Shown: in pieces, positions 1 through 8,513 of the stretch
Position numbering within the stretch: position 1 is the first letter of the stretch
How the letters are laid out: every line of letters starts with the position of its first letter
Assembly: GCA_002422905.1 (NCBI GenBank)
Contig: DITU01000107.1
Span: forward strand, 134,633 to 198,632
Origin: Verrucomicrobia bacterium UBA6176
GTDB taxonomy: Bacteria > Verrucomicrobiota > Verrucomicrobiia > Limisphaerales > UBA9464
DNA length: 64,000 nt
Reading direction: 5' to 3'
Translations under genes and position numbers: made by a program
The notes under the pieces: generated by a model
The model's input: only the letters and a program-made list of their open reading frames with translations
Databases searched by the model: none
What the model was told of the DNA's origin: nothing

Positions 1-617
1 CGTTGTGCGAACTCGGCGAGGTTGGCGTGGCTTCCCAGTTCGGCGCTGTAACGGAACATGGCCACCAGGCTTTCGTAGCTCGACGCGAGCTCCTCGCTCA
101 TTTCGCTGAGCGCCCGTTCGGCATCGGCCAGTTTGATTTCCAGATCCGCGGTGTGATCGAGTGGCAGCGGTTCGGAGGGCTGGAGCCGGGGACGTCGGAG
201 GCGCAGCACGTTGCCTTCGGGACCGCGCAGGTATTCGGAGGAGTCGGTGAGGGATTTGATCAGGAAGATTCCGCGGCCGCCTTCGGTCTCTTCATCGGGG
301 AGGTCCACTTCGGTGGGGAGGTCGAATCCGGCGGTATGATCGAAGACCCGGGCCTCGACGTGGAGTTCGCCGAGGAGGATTTCGATGCGGACGGGTTTCA
401 GGCGTGCGGGTCCGGCGGCGTACTCGACGGCATTGTTGGCGGCCTCGACGAGGGCGAGTTCCCAGGCGGTGGTTTCCGAGTCATCGATCCGCCACTGGTT
501 GAGCCATTCCCGGACGAGGCGTGCGGATTCCCGGACCGCGGGGAAGGAGCAATCCGACTCGACGCAGAAAGTCTGGCAGGGAACCGACCGGGCAGGAGGT
601 TGGGGCGTGGGATTCAA
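1..617 (-). CDS. RsbW/SpoIIAB-like HATPase (anti-sigma-factor-type Ser kinase) domain protein; its 3' end runs off the window
   Basis: Absent from the ORF track because it has no stop inside the window. My translation of the minus strand from about 617 to 1 is uninterrupted: ..FCVESDCSFPAVRESARLVREWLNQWRIDDSETTAWELALVEAANNAVEYAAG..VRIEILLGELHVEARVFDHTAGFDLP..EGGRGIFLIKSLTDSSEYLRGPEGNVLRLRR. A coiled-coil-like linker follows (LEIKLADAERALSEMSEELASSYESL). This is the N-box and G-box pattern of RsbW-type kinases. No ATG is available; the first start candidate after the STAS stop is TTG at 617-615. Confidence 0.6.
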   Translation of the reverse strand, partial: MNPTPQPPARSVPCQTFCVESDCSFPAVRESARLVREWLNQWRIDDSETTAWELALVEAANNAVEYAAGPARLKPVRIEILLGELHVEARVFDHTAGFDLPTEVDLPDEETEGGRGIFLIKSLTDSSEYLRGPEGNVLRLRRPRLQPSEPLPLDHTADLEIKLADAERALSEMSEELASSYESLVAMFRYSAELGSHANLAEFAQ

Positions 618-633
618 GGCGGCGTGGGGTTCA

Positions 634-936
634 TCAGGTGACGATGTCGAAGATGCGGTGGAGTCGGGTGAGTTCGAGCACCTGAAGGACGTTGGGAGTG
701 GGATTGTGAAGGCGGACCTGACCACCCCGCGAGCGGAGGGTCTTGTGCAGGGCGACGAGGACACCGAGACCGCTGCTGTCGAGGAAGGTCACGGTGGACA
801 GGTCGAGGTCGAGGACCTGGTGGGCGGGTTGGAGAGCGGCGCGGATCGCGTCCCGGATCTGTGCTGCATTGGCGGCGGTGATCTCGGTGAGGGCGGAGAC
901 TTTCAGGTTGTTGGTGTCAGTGTGTGTGATTTTCAT
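634..936 (-). CDS. STAS-domain anti-sigma-factor antagonist (SpoIIAA/RsbV-like)
   Basis: The track ORF 634..990 was trimmed to the ATG at 936 (MKITHTDTNNLKV..). It carries the canonical motif DLSTVTFLDSSGLGVLVALHK with the phosphorylatable Ser, and it is about 100 aa long. Confidence 0.85.
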   Translation of the reverse strand: MKITHTDTNNLKVSALTEITAANAAQIRDAIRAALQPAHQVLDLDLSTVTFLDSSGLGVLVALHKTLRSRGGQVRLHNPTPNVLQVLELTRLHRIFDIVT

Positions 937-956
937 GGGGAAAAAGGCTGGGGCGA

Positions 957-2183
957 TCACGGGGTGGGCGGGATGCGAAGGACGGCCCAACGCAGGATGG
1001 ACCGATCCACAGCCCGCGATCGGCGTGACGCATAGTAGCTGGAATGGGCGCGGGCCTCATCGTCGAACCGGTCCGCGCAACCGTGGGCATCGGCGAGTGA
1101 GACCAGTCCGACCGGAGCCGACAGCCAGAGTTGTTCGAACTCGGTTTCGAGGGTGGCGGCCTGTTCGCGGGTGATGGGGCGGTTGCCGACCCAGGTGAAC
1201 TCCCCCACGACGATCTTCCAGAGCTGGGGCCATCGTCGGGCGAGGCCGCGGAAGCCATTCAGTTCGTGGTAGGTTGATTCGCGGAGACCGGAGGTGGTGA
1301 TGGCGGAGGGAACGACGGCGCGGAGGCGGGACACGAGGGACTGGCGCGACCAGATCGCCAGTACGGCGGCGACGAGGGGAATGGGGAAGGTGAGGATCAG
1401 GAAGGCCAGGGCGGCGAGACGGCCGAGGGGAGAGGATTTCCGGTTGAACGCGGATTGTCCGCGGAGATCGCCGAGGAGGAAGGGATCGACGATTTCGGTG
1501 AACGATCCGGTTTCGTGGTTCAGGAGGCCATCGGCCCAGGCGAGGGAGCGGGTCACGGAGGTGAAGGAACCCACATAGGTGTTGGGACCGACCCATGATC
1601 CGGTGACTTCCGCTTCGGTATCGATCATTGCGGAGTCCTCGACATAGGCGTGGGGACCGACGACGGCGTCTGAGCCGATCCAGACGCTCTGCCCGATCCA
1701 GCATGGGGCATGAAGCCTGGCGGTGGGTGCGGTCCGCGAGTGGAGACCAACCCAGATTCCGGGGCTGAGTTCGCGGGAACCGACGCGTTGGGAATGGAGG
1801 GCGGGAGCGACGTGTCGGAGGGCGTCGAAGAACCCGGAGGGACGGTCGAACAGGGGCAGATCCGGATGTCCCGGCAGATGATCCATCAGGATGGCCCGGT
1901 CCACTCCGAACCGTGCCCGGGCCTTCTCCTGGGAAAGCTCCGAGGCTTCCGAGATCACCTGGATCCGCAGGCCCCATTCCTCGCCAGCGCCGACCGCGGT
2001 GCGGATGGAATCGGGGCGGTCGGAAGCGAGAATGATCACCTCGCGGAAACCGGAATCGGAGAGGTGCGCCAACCAGCGGGAGAGGAAGGTGCGACCGAGC
2101 ACGGGGACGAGGGCGAGGGGAGTCAACCTGCCGAGCATGCGTGCCTCGGGGCGTTGATCGGGGCAGATGACGACCGTTTTCAT
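957..2183 (-). CDS. Fusion protein: nucleotidyltransferase-like N-domain, left-handed beta-helix (hexapeptide) region, TM segment, and bacterial sugar-transferase-like C-terminal domain
   Basis: The N-terminus VVICPDQRPEARMLGRLTPLALVPVLGRTFL resembles NTP_transferase. The middle has hexapeptide-like repeats (IGSDAVVGPHAYVEDSAMIDTEAEVTGSWVGPNTYVG). A hydrophobic segment follows (LAALAFLILTFPIPLVAAVLAIW). The C-terminus RRWPQLWKIVVGEFTWVGNRPIT..VGLVSL matches the DELPQLxNVLxGxMSxVGPRP..GLTG core of Bac_transf. The ATG at 2183 overlaps the upstream stop (ATGA). Confidence 0.75.
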   Translation of the reverse strand: MKTVVICPDQRPEARMLGRLTPLALVPVLGRTFLSRWLAHLSDSGFREVIILASDRPDSIRTAVGAGEEWGLRIQVISEASELSQEKARARFGVDRAILMDHLPGHPDLPLFDRPSGFFDALRHVAPALHSQRVGSRELSPGIWVGLHSRTAPTARLHAPCWIGQSVWIGSDAVVGPHAYVEDSAMIDTEAEVTGSWVGPNTYVGSFTSVTRSLAWADGLLNHETGSFTEIVDPFLLGDLRGQSAFNRKSSPLGRLAALAFLILTFPIPLVAAVLAIWSRQSLVSRLRAVVPSAITTSGLRESTYHELNGFRGLARRWPQLWKIVVGEFTWVGNRPITREQAATLETEFEQLWLSAPVGLVSLADAHGCADRFDDEARAHSSYYASRRSRAVDRSILRWAVLRIPPTP

Positions 2184-2932
2184 GTGCCTTTGCCGAACAG
2201 GATGGCGGGGATGGTCTTGAGGAGGAGCCAGAGGTCCTTCCGGAAGGACTGGCTTTCGATGTAGCGGACGTCGAGGTCCACCTGTTCCTCGAAGTCGATG
2301 GCATTGCGGTCGCCGATTTCGAAGAGGCCGCCGTGACGTTCGCCGACCTGCCAGAGGCAGGTGATGCCGGGTTTCACATTGAAACGGCGGCGATGCCGTT
2401 GCTCGTACAACTCGACCTCACGACGGACGGGGGGACGTGGGCCGACGATGGACATCTCGCCGCGGAGCACGTTCCAGAACTGGGGCAGTTCATCGAGCGA
2501 AGTCTTGCGCAGGATGCGGCCGACCCGGGTGATGCGGGGATCGTCCTTCATCTTGAAGGTGATCCCTTCCTTCTTTTCGTTCAGCGCCAGCAGATCCTTG
2601 AGGCGGGCCTCGGCATCGACGCACATGGACCGGTACTTGAGCATCCTGAACTCGCGGCCATGGAGTCCGTAACGGGTCTGGCGGAAGAACACCGGCCCGC
2701 CATCGACCTTGACCAGCAGGGCGATCATGAGGAACAGCGGGGAGAGGACGATCAAGGCGGCGAGACTGATGACGACATCGAAGAGACGCTTGAGGAAATA
2801 GGCGAAGCCGGTGACACCATTCCAGGCGTACCGTTTCCACGTCACGTAGAGGTTCAGGCGGGCACGGCCGATCGGGGATCGGGCGGAAAGCAACCGGTTC
2901 GCCATCCGCTCCCGGATGTCGTCATCGTTCAT
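2180..2932 (-). CDS. Undecaprenyl-phosphate sugar phosphotransferase (bacterial sugar transferase, WbaP/EpsB-like small PGT)
   Basis: The track ORF was trimmed to the ATG at 2932 ([10 protein letters not shown]..). It has a TM helix ([22 protein letters not shown]) and the motifs [55 protein letters not shown] and [10 protein letters not shown]. The start overlaps the upstream stop (ATGA). Confidence 0.9.
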   Translation of the reverse strand: MNDDDIRERMANRLLSARSPIGRARLNLYVTWKRYAWNGVTGFAYFLKRLFDVVISLAALIVLSPLFLMIALLVKVDGGPVFFRQTRYGLHGREFRMLKYRSMCVDAEARLKDLLALNEKKEGITFKMKDDPRITRVGRILRKTSLDELPQFWNVLRGEMSIVGPRPPVRREVELYEQRHRRRFNVKPGITCLWQVGERHGGLFEIGDRNAIDFEEQVDLDVRYIESQSFRKDLWLLLKTIPAILFGKGT

Positions 2933-3570
2933 GGCAACGCCCTCCCCGGATGGGATTCGATCCCGGCCATCGACTTCAGGCGGCCTGCGATTTCCTGGAC
3001 CTTCGCCGCGGTGAGTGGAGCCTGGATGACCTCGGATGCGAGTCGGCGTTGAGGTTCGACATGGTCCCGGTGCATGGGTTGGACCTGGTGCAGGAACTGT
3101 CTTCGTACGGCCTCGGGCGATCTGCCGCGTTCCCGGGCATCGCGGGCGAGACGCCGTTCGAGGCGTTCGGCCTCCCCGCATTCCAGGAAGCAGCTCCAGT
3201 CGAAGCGGGACCGGATGTCCTCATGATGGAGCAGCCAAAGGCCGTCCCAGATCATCACGGGCTTGGGGATGAGCTGACGCGGGAGGGGATGGCGGGTGTG
3301 GGTGTGGAAGTCATAGGAGGGAACTTCGGCTGCCGCGCCTTTCCGGAGCCGGTCGAGCACCAGTCCCAATCTCGTCCAGTCAATGCTGGCCGGGTCATCG
3401 AAATTGACAGCATCCCGCTCGGCAGGAGGAAGCGCCGAAAGATCGCGGTAATAATCATCGAGACTGATCCGCGCTGACACCTGTGGGAGCGCTTCGAGCA
3501 GGTGGTCGGCGAGCCAGGATTTGCCGGATCCGCTGCCGCCGACGATGGCGATATGGAGATTCGGAGTCAT
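2929..3570 (-). CDS. Uridine kinase / phosphoribulokinase-family P-loop kinase
   Basis: It has a Walker A motif (IAIVGGSGSGKSWLA), then SLDDYYRD and FDDPASIDW, typical of the Udk/PRK family. It has ATGA overlaps at both ends. Confidence 0.7.
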   Translation of the reverse strand: MTPNLHIAIVGGSGSGKSWLADHLLEALPQVSARISLDDYYRDLSALPPAERDAVNFDDPASIDWTRLGLVLDRLRKGAAAEVPSYDFHTHTRHPLPRQLIPKPVMIWDGLWLLHHEDIRSRFDWSCFLECGEAERLERRLARDARERGRSPEAVRRQFLHQVQPMHRDHVEPQRRLASEVIQAPLTAAKVQEIAGRLKSMAGIESHPGRALP

Positions 3571-4769
3571 TGGTCGGAGCCGGTCCGTCCCAAGGCGGAC
3601 ACCCTTGAGAACATGGCTTCGAGGTCACTGATATAGGTCTCGAAATCGTAGCGCTCGCTCACCAGGCGCAACCCGGCCTCGCCCAGGGACCGGGCACGGT
3701 CCTTGTCCGCGAGCAATTCATCAATGCGGGCTGCGTAGGCATCGCGATCCATCCAGGGGACCAGATAGCCGTTGTGCCCGTCGATCAGCCAGTCGCGGAT
3801 GCCACCGGCATCGAAGGCGACGACGGGGAGGGCGTAGCGCATGACTTCCAGACCGATGGTGGCGATGGGTTCGGGCCAGACGGAGCTGAGGGCGACCACA
3901 GTGCATTCGCGGTAGTACTGGGTGAGTTCCTCCTGGGGAACGAATCCCTTGAAGGTGACGCGGCCTTCGAGTCCCAGTTGGCGGGACAGTTGTTCGCAAT
4001 GGGACTTGTGGTTGCCATCGCCGAGGATGATGCACTCGAAGGGTTGACGGACGCGGGCCAGAGCTTCGAGGAGGACATCGACGCCTTTGCCGCGGATGAT
4101 CTGGCCGGCGTAGAGGATGAGGTTCCGGTTGCTGAAGGAGCTGCGGAGGTTGGGATCGCCCATGCGTGGGACCGGGGCGTGGATCTCAATGCGGGCTGGA
4201 TCGAATCCATTCTGGAGGAGTTCATCCCGCATATAGGTGGTGACGACGATCATCCGGTGGAAGCGTCGGTTGAGTTCGATCTCGCGGCGTTTGTCGGAAT
4301 AGCTGACCCAGCGGAGGGGGAAGCCGGGCCCGGACTTCCTGACGGCGAAGGCGAGGCAGGGAACGAGGCAGGCGAGGGAGGCGGGGCGGGTGCAGATCTT
4401 GCGGGTGAAGTAATCGTACTTGTAGCTGCGCATGCAGTAGATGTCGTGGTCATGGACCATGCGTGCGAGGGGTTGACCGGATTCGACGAGTGCGCCGATG
4501 ACCGACAGGTCGGCCATCTTGTGCACATAGACGGCGTCGGGCTTGAAGGCGGCGAGGGCCTTTTGGACGGTGAGGTTGTTGTCGTGGTCACCGAGGGCTG
4601 CACGGAATGGGAAGGTGGAATCCCAGGCGGATTCGCTTCGACCGGTGGAAGGGCCATGAAGGATTCCGAGGGTGTGTCCGCGCCGTGCCAACTCGGTGGC
4701 GGTGATGAAGGCATTGGCCTCGGCGCCGGCGAGGGCACCATACCGTTCATGCACGTAAAGGATTCTCAT
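3567..4769 (-). CDS. Glycosyltransferase family 4 (GT-B, EX7E type)
   Basis: The sequence begins [21 protein letters not shown].. and ends with C-terminal SSVWPEPIATIGLEVMRYALPVVAFDAGGIRDWL, an E-x7-E-like motif. It has ATGA overlaps at both ends. Confidence 0.9.
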   Translation of the reverse strand: MRILYVHERYGALAGAEANAFITATELARRGHTLGILHGPSTGRSESAWDSTFPFRAALGDHDNNLTVQKALAAFKPDAVYVHKMADLSVIGALVESGQPLARMVHDHDIYCMRSYKYDYFTRKICTRPASLACLVPCLAFAVRKSGPGFPLRWVSYSDKRREIELNRRFHRMIVVTTYMRDELLQNGFDPARIEIHAPVPRMGDPNLRSSFSNRNLILYAGQIIRGKGVDVLLEALARVRQPFECIILGDGNHKSHCEQLSRQLGLEGRVTFKGFVPQEELTQYYRECTVVALSSVWPEPIATIGLEVMRYALPVVAFDAGGIRDWLIDGHNGYLVPWMDRDAYAARIDELLADKDRARSLGEAGLRLVSERYDFETYISDLEAMFSRVSALGRTGSDQ

Positions 4770-7429
4770 GGCAGGCAGGGGGTTGAGTCAGGGGAACCAT
4801 CGAGGTGGGTTGAAAGCCAGTCCGCGAGGAGGCACACCCCGGTTTCTGCCGCCTCCCGCAGCGGGGTCAATTGCTGATGGCACTCCTCCATCTGGTCCTT
4901 GGAAGCGAGGGTTTCCATTTCCTGGAATTGTTGGCCGAGCTCGGTGAGGCCGAAGGTGGCGGCGATGCCCTTCAGGGCGTGCGCAAAACGTTCGGCTTCC
5001 ACGGCGTCGCCCCGATGGATCGCCTCGGAAACTTGATGGAGGCGGTCGGGGAGTTCGGAGGCGAACTCGCGGACGATCCCGGAGACGGTTTCCAGGTCCA
5101 ACTCCTCGACCAACCGGTCGAGGGCGGGCAGGAGCGGAGTGGGGTGGGTGGGCGGGGTTTTGGTGGCCGAGGCAGGGCCGCCGTGCAGCTTCAGGGGCTT
5201 GAGCACCCGCAGCATGGTGGTGCGGAGGTTGGACAGGGTGAAGGGTTTGGCGATGTAGTCATCCATGCCGATGGAGAGGCAACGTTCGCGTTCGCCGATG
5301 AGGGCATTGGCGGTCAGGGCGATGATGGCAATGCGGCGTGGGGGCGGATTGGCGGCCTCGATCCGACGGATGGACTGGGTGGCCTGGTAGCCGTCCATTT
5401 CCGGCATGTTGCAATCCATCAGGATGAGGTCGTAGGGCGTCTTCTGGAGGCTGCTGAGGACTTCGAGACCGTTCTGGGCGACGTCGGCCTTGATCCCGAG
5501 TTCCTCGAGCATGAGGAGGCAGAGCTTGCGGTTGATGGGATGATCCTCCGCCAGCAGGACCCGAACGCCCTCGATGGGTTGGAGATCATCGGAGCGGCGT
5601 TCGACCGGGCGGGGGAAAGCGGGGATGGAGTGTTCGGGCGTGGTTCCGTCCTTGCCACCTTCGACGGCGGTCACCAGGGCATCGAACAGGTAGGATTGTT
5701 TGACGGGTTTCAGGAGGATGTTCTCAAAGACATCGAGGGTGGCCTCGTTGTGGGTGGCGGTGGTGGAGGGATGGGCGAGAAGGATGCAGTGACACCTGGT
5801 TTTACGCTCGATGAGGTAGTTGATGAGTTCCCGGCCACCGAGCGAGACGGTGGCATCGTCACAGATCACGAGAGGTTTGCGTCCGTCGGCGAGGGCTTCC
5901 CCGAGATGTAGCATGAGTTCCTGCGGGGAAGCCGACTCCCTGAAGGTGATGTTCCAGCTGTGGAATTGTTCGCGGAGGGATTCCGCCTGGATCATGGATT
6001 TGACGCAGAGGAGGACATTGGCACGCACGAGGGCGGGATGGCTTTCGTGTGCGGGTGGCGGTCGGAGTGATTTCAGGGGGATCTCGAACCAGAAAGTCGA
6101 GCCATGGCCAAGCTCACTTGTCACTCCGATCCGTCCGGACATGAGTTCGACGAGGCGCCTTGAGATGGCGAGGCCAAGTCCGGTTCCGCCGAACCGGCGT
6201 GACGAGGATTGATCCGCCTGGACAAACGGCTGGAACAGGCGTTTCAACTGGGGATTGGTCAGGCCGATCCCGGTATCCTGCACCTCGAATCGGATCCAGA
6301 TCCGGAATTCCTCCGCCCTGATGACCTGGACGCGGAGAGTGATCTGACCGTTCGGGGTGAACTTGACGGCGTTGCCCACCAGGTTGACGAGGATTTGCCG
6401 GAGCCGTTCCGGATCGCCGAGCACCCGGTCGGGAACGTCGTGCTGGACGATGGAGGCCATTTCGAGGGTTCGTTCCGAATCCCGGGTGGCGGCGACTTCC
6501 AGAACGGCATCGAGCACCGGACGGAGGAGGAATTCCCGGGGCAGGATTTCCAGTCGGCCTGCCTCGATCTTCGAGAAGTCGAGGATGTCATCGATGATGC
6601 GGAGGAGGGCGTGGGTACTCTGGGAGATGGAATCGGTGAACTCGCGTTGGCGTGCTGCGAGGGGTGTCTTGCCGAGCAGTTCGGTCATGCCGAGAACCCC
6701 GTTCATCGGGGTGCGGATCTCGTGGCTCATGGTCGCCAGGAAATCGCTCTTGGCGCGGCTTGCCGCCGCGGCTTCCTCGGCGAGGGCATTGGCGCGGTCC
6801 CGTTCCTTCTCCAGGCTGATCCGGGACTGGTCGAGGTCCTCGATCATGCTGAGCATCACCCGGCGGCTCTGTTCGAGTTCGGAGGCGCGCCGGACCAGAT
6901 CGTCCGAAGTCTGTTGGAGGCGTGACTCGGCCACCTTCTGTTCCGAGATGTCGGAGAGGATTCCGATGACTTCATTGCCCTGGCCCGGGCTGGGGACGGG
7001 TTGAAGGAGGACGCCGCAGATCATTCCCGTATCGAAAACCGGGAAATTGAACTGCTGGATCTCGCCATGGAGGGCCTTTTCGAATCGCGCCAGATGGGCC
7101 GGATCCGGAAACAGTGCCGACAACGGGCGATCCTCGAGATCTGCGGGGCGATGCCCCAGTCGGGCAAGGAGCGCGCCGCGGGCGAGGAGGATCCGGAAGC
7201 CGTCGTTGGTCCGGGAGCAACGGATGACGACGTTGGGCTGAAGCTCGAGGGTTTGCCGGAAGAATCCGTTGGCCGTGGCCGGCGTGGAGCCGTGGCCTGG
7301 CGGGGATTGTTCCCCGGTCCTGGGCTGGAAGGACTGTTCGATGGCATCGAGCAGATGATGCAGTTCCGGGATGTCCGGGATCCCGCTGGGGAAGTATTGG
7401 GCGATCAGTTTCCTGAGCGGATCATTCAC
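4766..7429 (-). CDS. Soluble hybrid sensor histidine kinase: PAS-like, HisKA, HATPase_c, degenerate receiver-like, REC and Hpt domains
   Basis: It has an H-box ([15 protein letters not shown]), an N/G1/G2 pattern ([23 protein letters not shown]), a REC domain ([28 protein letters not shown]) and an Hpt motif ([13 protein letters not shown]). I saw no TM helix. The start is GTG at 7429 and overlaps the upstream stop by 8 nt. Confidence 0.9.
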   Translation of the reverse strand: MNDPLRKLIAQYFPSGIPDIPELHHLLDAIEQSFQPRTGEQSPPGHGSTPATANGFFRQTLELQPNVVIRCSRTNDGFRILLARGALLARLGHRPADLEDRPLSALFPDPAHLARFEKALHGEIQQFNFPVFDTGMICGVLLQPVPSPGQGNEVIGILSDISEQKVAESRLQQTSDDLVRRASELEQSRRVMLSMIEDLDQSRISLEKERDRANALAEEAAAASRAKSDFLATMSHEIRTPMNGVLGMTELLGKTPLAARQREFTDSISQSTHALLRIIDDILDFSKIEAGRLEILPREFLLRPVLDAVLEVAATRDSERTLEMASIVQHDVPDRVLGDPERLRQILVNLVGNAVKFTPNGQITLRVQVIRAEEFRIWIRFEVQDTGIGLTNPQLKRLFQPFVQADQSSSRRFGGTGLGLAISRRLVELMSGRIGVTSELGHGSTFWFEIPLKSLRPPPAHESHPALVRANVLLCVKSMIQAESLREQFHSWNITFRESASPQELMLHLGEALADGRKPLVICDDATVSLGGRELINYLIERKTRCHCILLAHPSTTATHNEATLDVFENILLKPVKQSYLFDALVTAVEGGKDGTTPEHSIPAFPRPVERRSDDLQPIEGVRVLLAEDHPINRKLCLLMLEELGIKADVAQNGLEVLSSLQKTPYDLILMDCNMPEMDGYQATQSIRRIEAANPPPRRIAIIALTANALIGERERCLSIGMDDYIAKPFTLSNLRTTMLRVLKPLKLHGGPASATKTPPTHPTPLLPALDRLVEELDLETVSGIVREFASELPDRLHQVSEAIHRGDAVEAERFAHALKGIAATFGLTELGQQFQEMETLASKDQMEECHQQLTPLREAAETGVCLLADWLSTHLDGSPDSTPCLP

Positions 7430-8513
7430 CGTGCGGTGGGGTCGGGGGTGGGGTCACGGGGACACGGTCTGAGGCAGCCGACGGATAGAGGGGCGTGCGT
7501 CCCATCTCGCGGCAGAGTTCGTTGACCTCGTGCTTGAGTTCGAGGACGCGGTGTTCGCGGTTCATCATCACCCGGTTGACGCGTTCCAGTTCGGACATGG
7601 CGTTCCGGATCCGATCCTCGTCTTCCTTGCGGGCGGTGATGTCCGATTGAATGGCCATGAAATGGGTGATTTCACCGGCGTCGTTGCGGATGGGTTTGGC
7701 CTCGATGGTGATCCAGTATTTCCGGCCGAGCCTGGATTGGTTGAGGATTTCCACGGAGAAACCGACTCCTTCGCGGACGCTGCGGCGCATCAGTTCGACG
7801 GTGGCGGCATTGGTCTCGGGTGCCTGCAGCAGGGAACCCGGGGTCTGGGCGCGGACCTCGGCAAGGGAGTAACCGGTGAGACGGGTGAACCCGTCATTGA
7901 CCCATTCGATGCGGCCCCGGGCGTCGGTGAGGACGACCGCATTGGTGGTGAGTGCGGCGATGAGTGCGAGTTTGCGCTGTTCGGCATCCTGATCGCGGAG
8001 GCGTTCATTGGCGGCGCGAAGTTCCGCGCGTTGGCCGGTCAGACGATTCGCCAACTCCTTGGAGTCAGCCAAGGCCTGGTGCTGGGCCTGGACGATATGC
8101 AAGAGGTCGAGTCCGGGATCGTGGATTGGAAAATCATTGATGTTGAGTCCGAACCGGGCGATGGCGTTGGCCTCTCCCAACCAGGGTGACACCAGGAAGA
8201 CGAGCACCCGACCGGAATCAACCGGAAGCAGTTGTCCGCGGAATCGCAGGCTGGAAGCGGGATGCAACAGGAGGAAAAGCTGTTGCTGATTCTCCATCAG
8301 GACCGCGTGGTCCAACGCCACATCCGGCCGGATGAGTTGGAAGACATCCTTGAACAGTGCACCCGGAGTTGCCTCGGGACAGTAACGGGCGAGCGATGCT
8401 CCCACCTGAACGATGCGCAGGTCGCTATCGACGGCGAAATGAAACGGAAAAACGGCATGGAACTGATCGGGCGCCAGTCCGATCTCCAGGGTCGGTATGG
8501 CCGACAGTTTCAT
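7422..8513 (-). CDS. HNOBA (heme-NO-binding-associated) plus PAS domain signalling protein with no recognisable output domain
   Basis: The N-terminal half (FHAVFPFHFAVDSDLRIVQVGASL..FQLIRP..LRFRGQLL..VFLVSPWL..GLNINDFPIHDPGLDLL) matches the HNOBA pattern of soluble guanylate cyclases. A coiled coil follows, then a PAS domain (GRIEWVNDGFTRLTGYSLAEV..HFMAIQSDITARK) and a C-terminal helix (NREHRVLELKHEVNELC). I chose the ATG at 8513 because it forms an ATGA overlap with the H-NOX stop; the track start is 8531. Confidence 0.8.
   Translation of the reverse strand: MKLSAIPTLEIGLAPDQFHAVFPFHFAVDSDLRIVQVGASLARYCPEATPGALFKDVFQLIRPDVALDHAVLMENQQQLFLLLHPASSLRFRGQLLPVDSGRVLVFLVSPWLGEANAIARFGLNINDFPIHDPGLDLLHIVQAQHQALADSKELANRLTGQRAELRAANERLRDQDAEQRKLALIAALTTNAVVLTDARGRIEWVNDGFTRLTGYSLAEVRAQTPGSLLQAPETNAATVELMRRSVREGVGFSVEILNQSRLGRKYWITIEAKPIRNDAGEITHFMAIQSDITARKEDEDRIRNAMSELERVNRVMMNREHRVLELKHEVNELCREMGRTPLYPSAASDRVPVTPPPTPPHGE

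Noticed and set aside
3-641. A plus-strand 212-aa ORF (MCELGEVGVASQFG..) at the left edge.
   Set aside because: It has Gly/Glu/Val/Asp-rich composition with no motifs and starts on a TTG. It lies antisense to a minus-strand frame with clear RsbW-type kinase motifs. It is a typical high-GC shadow ORF.
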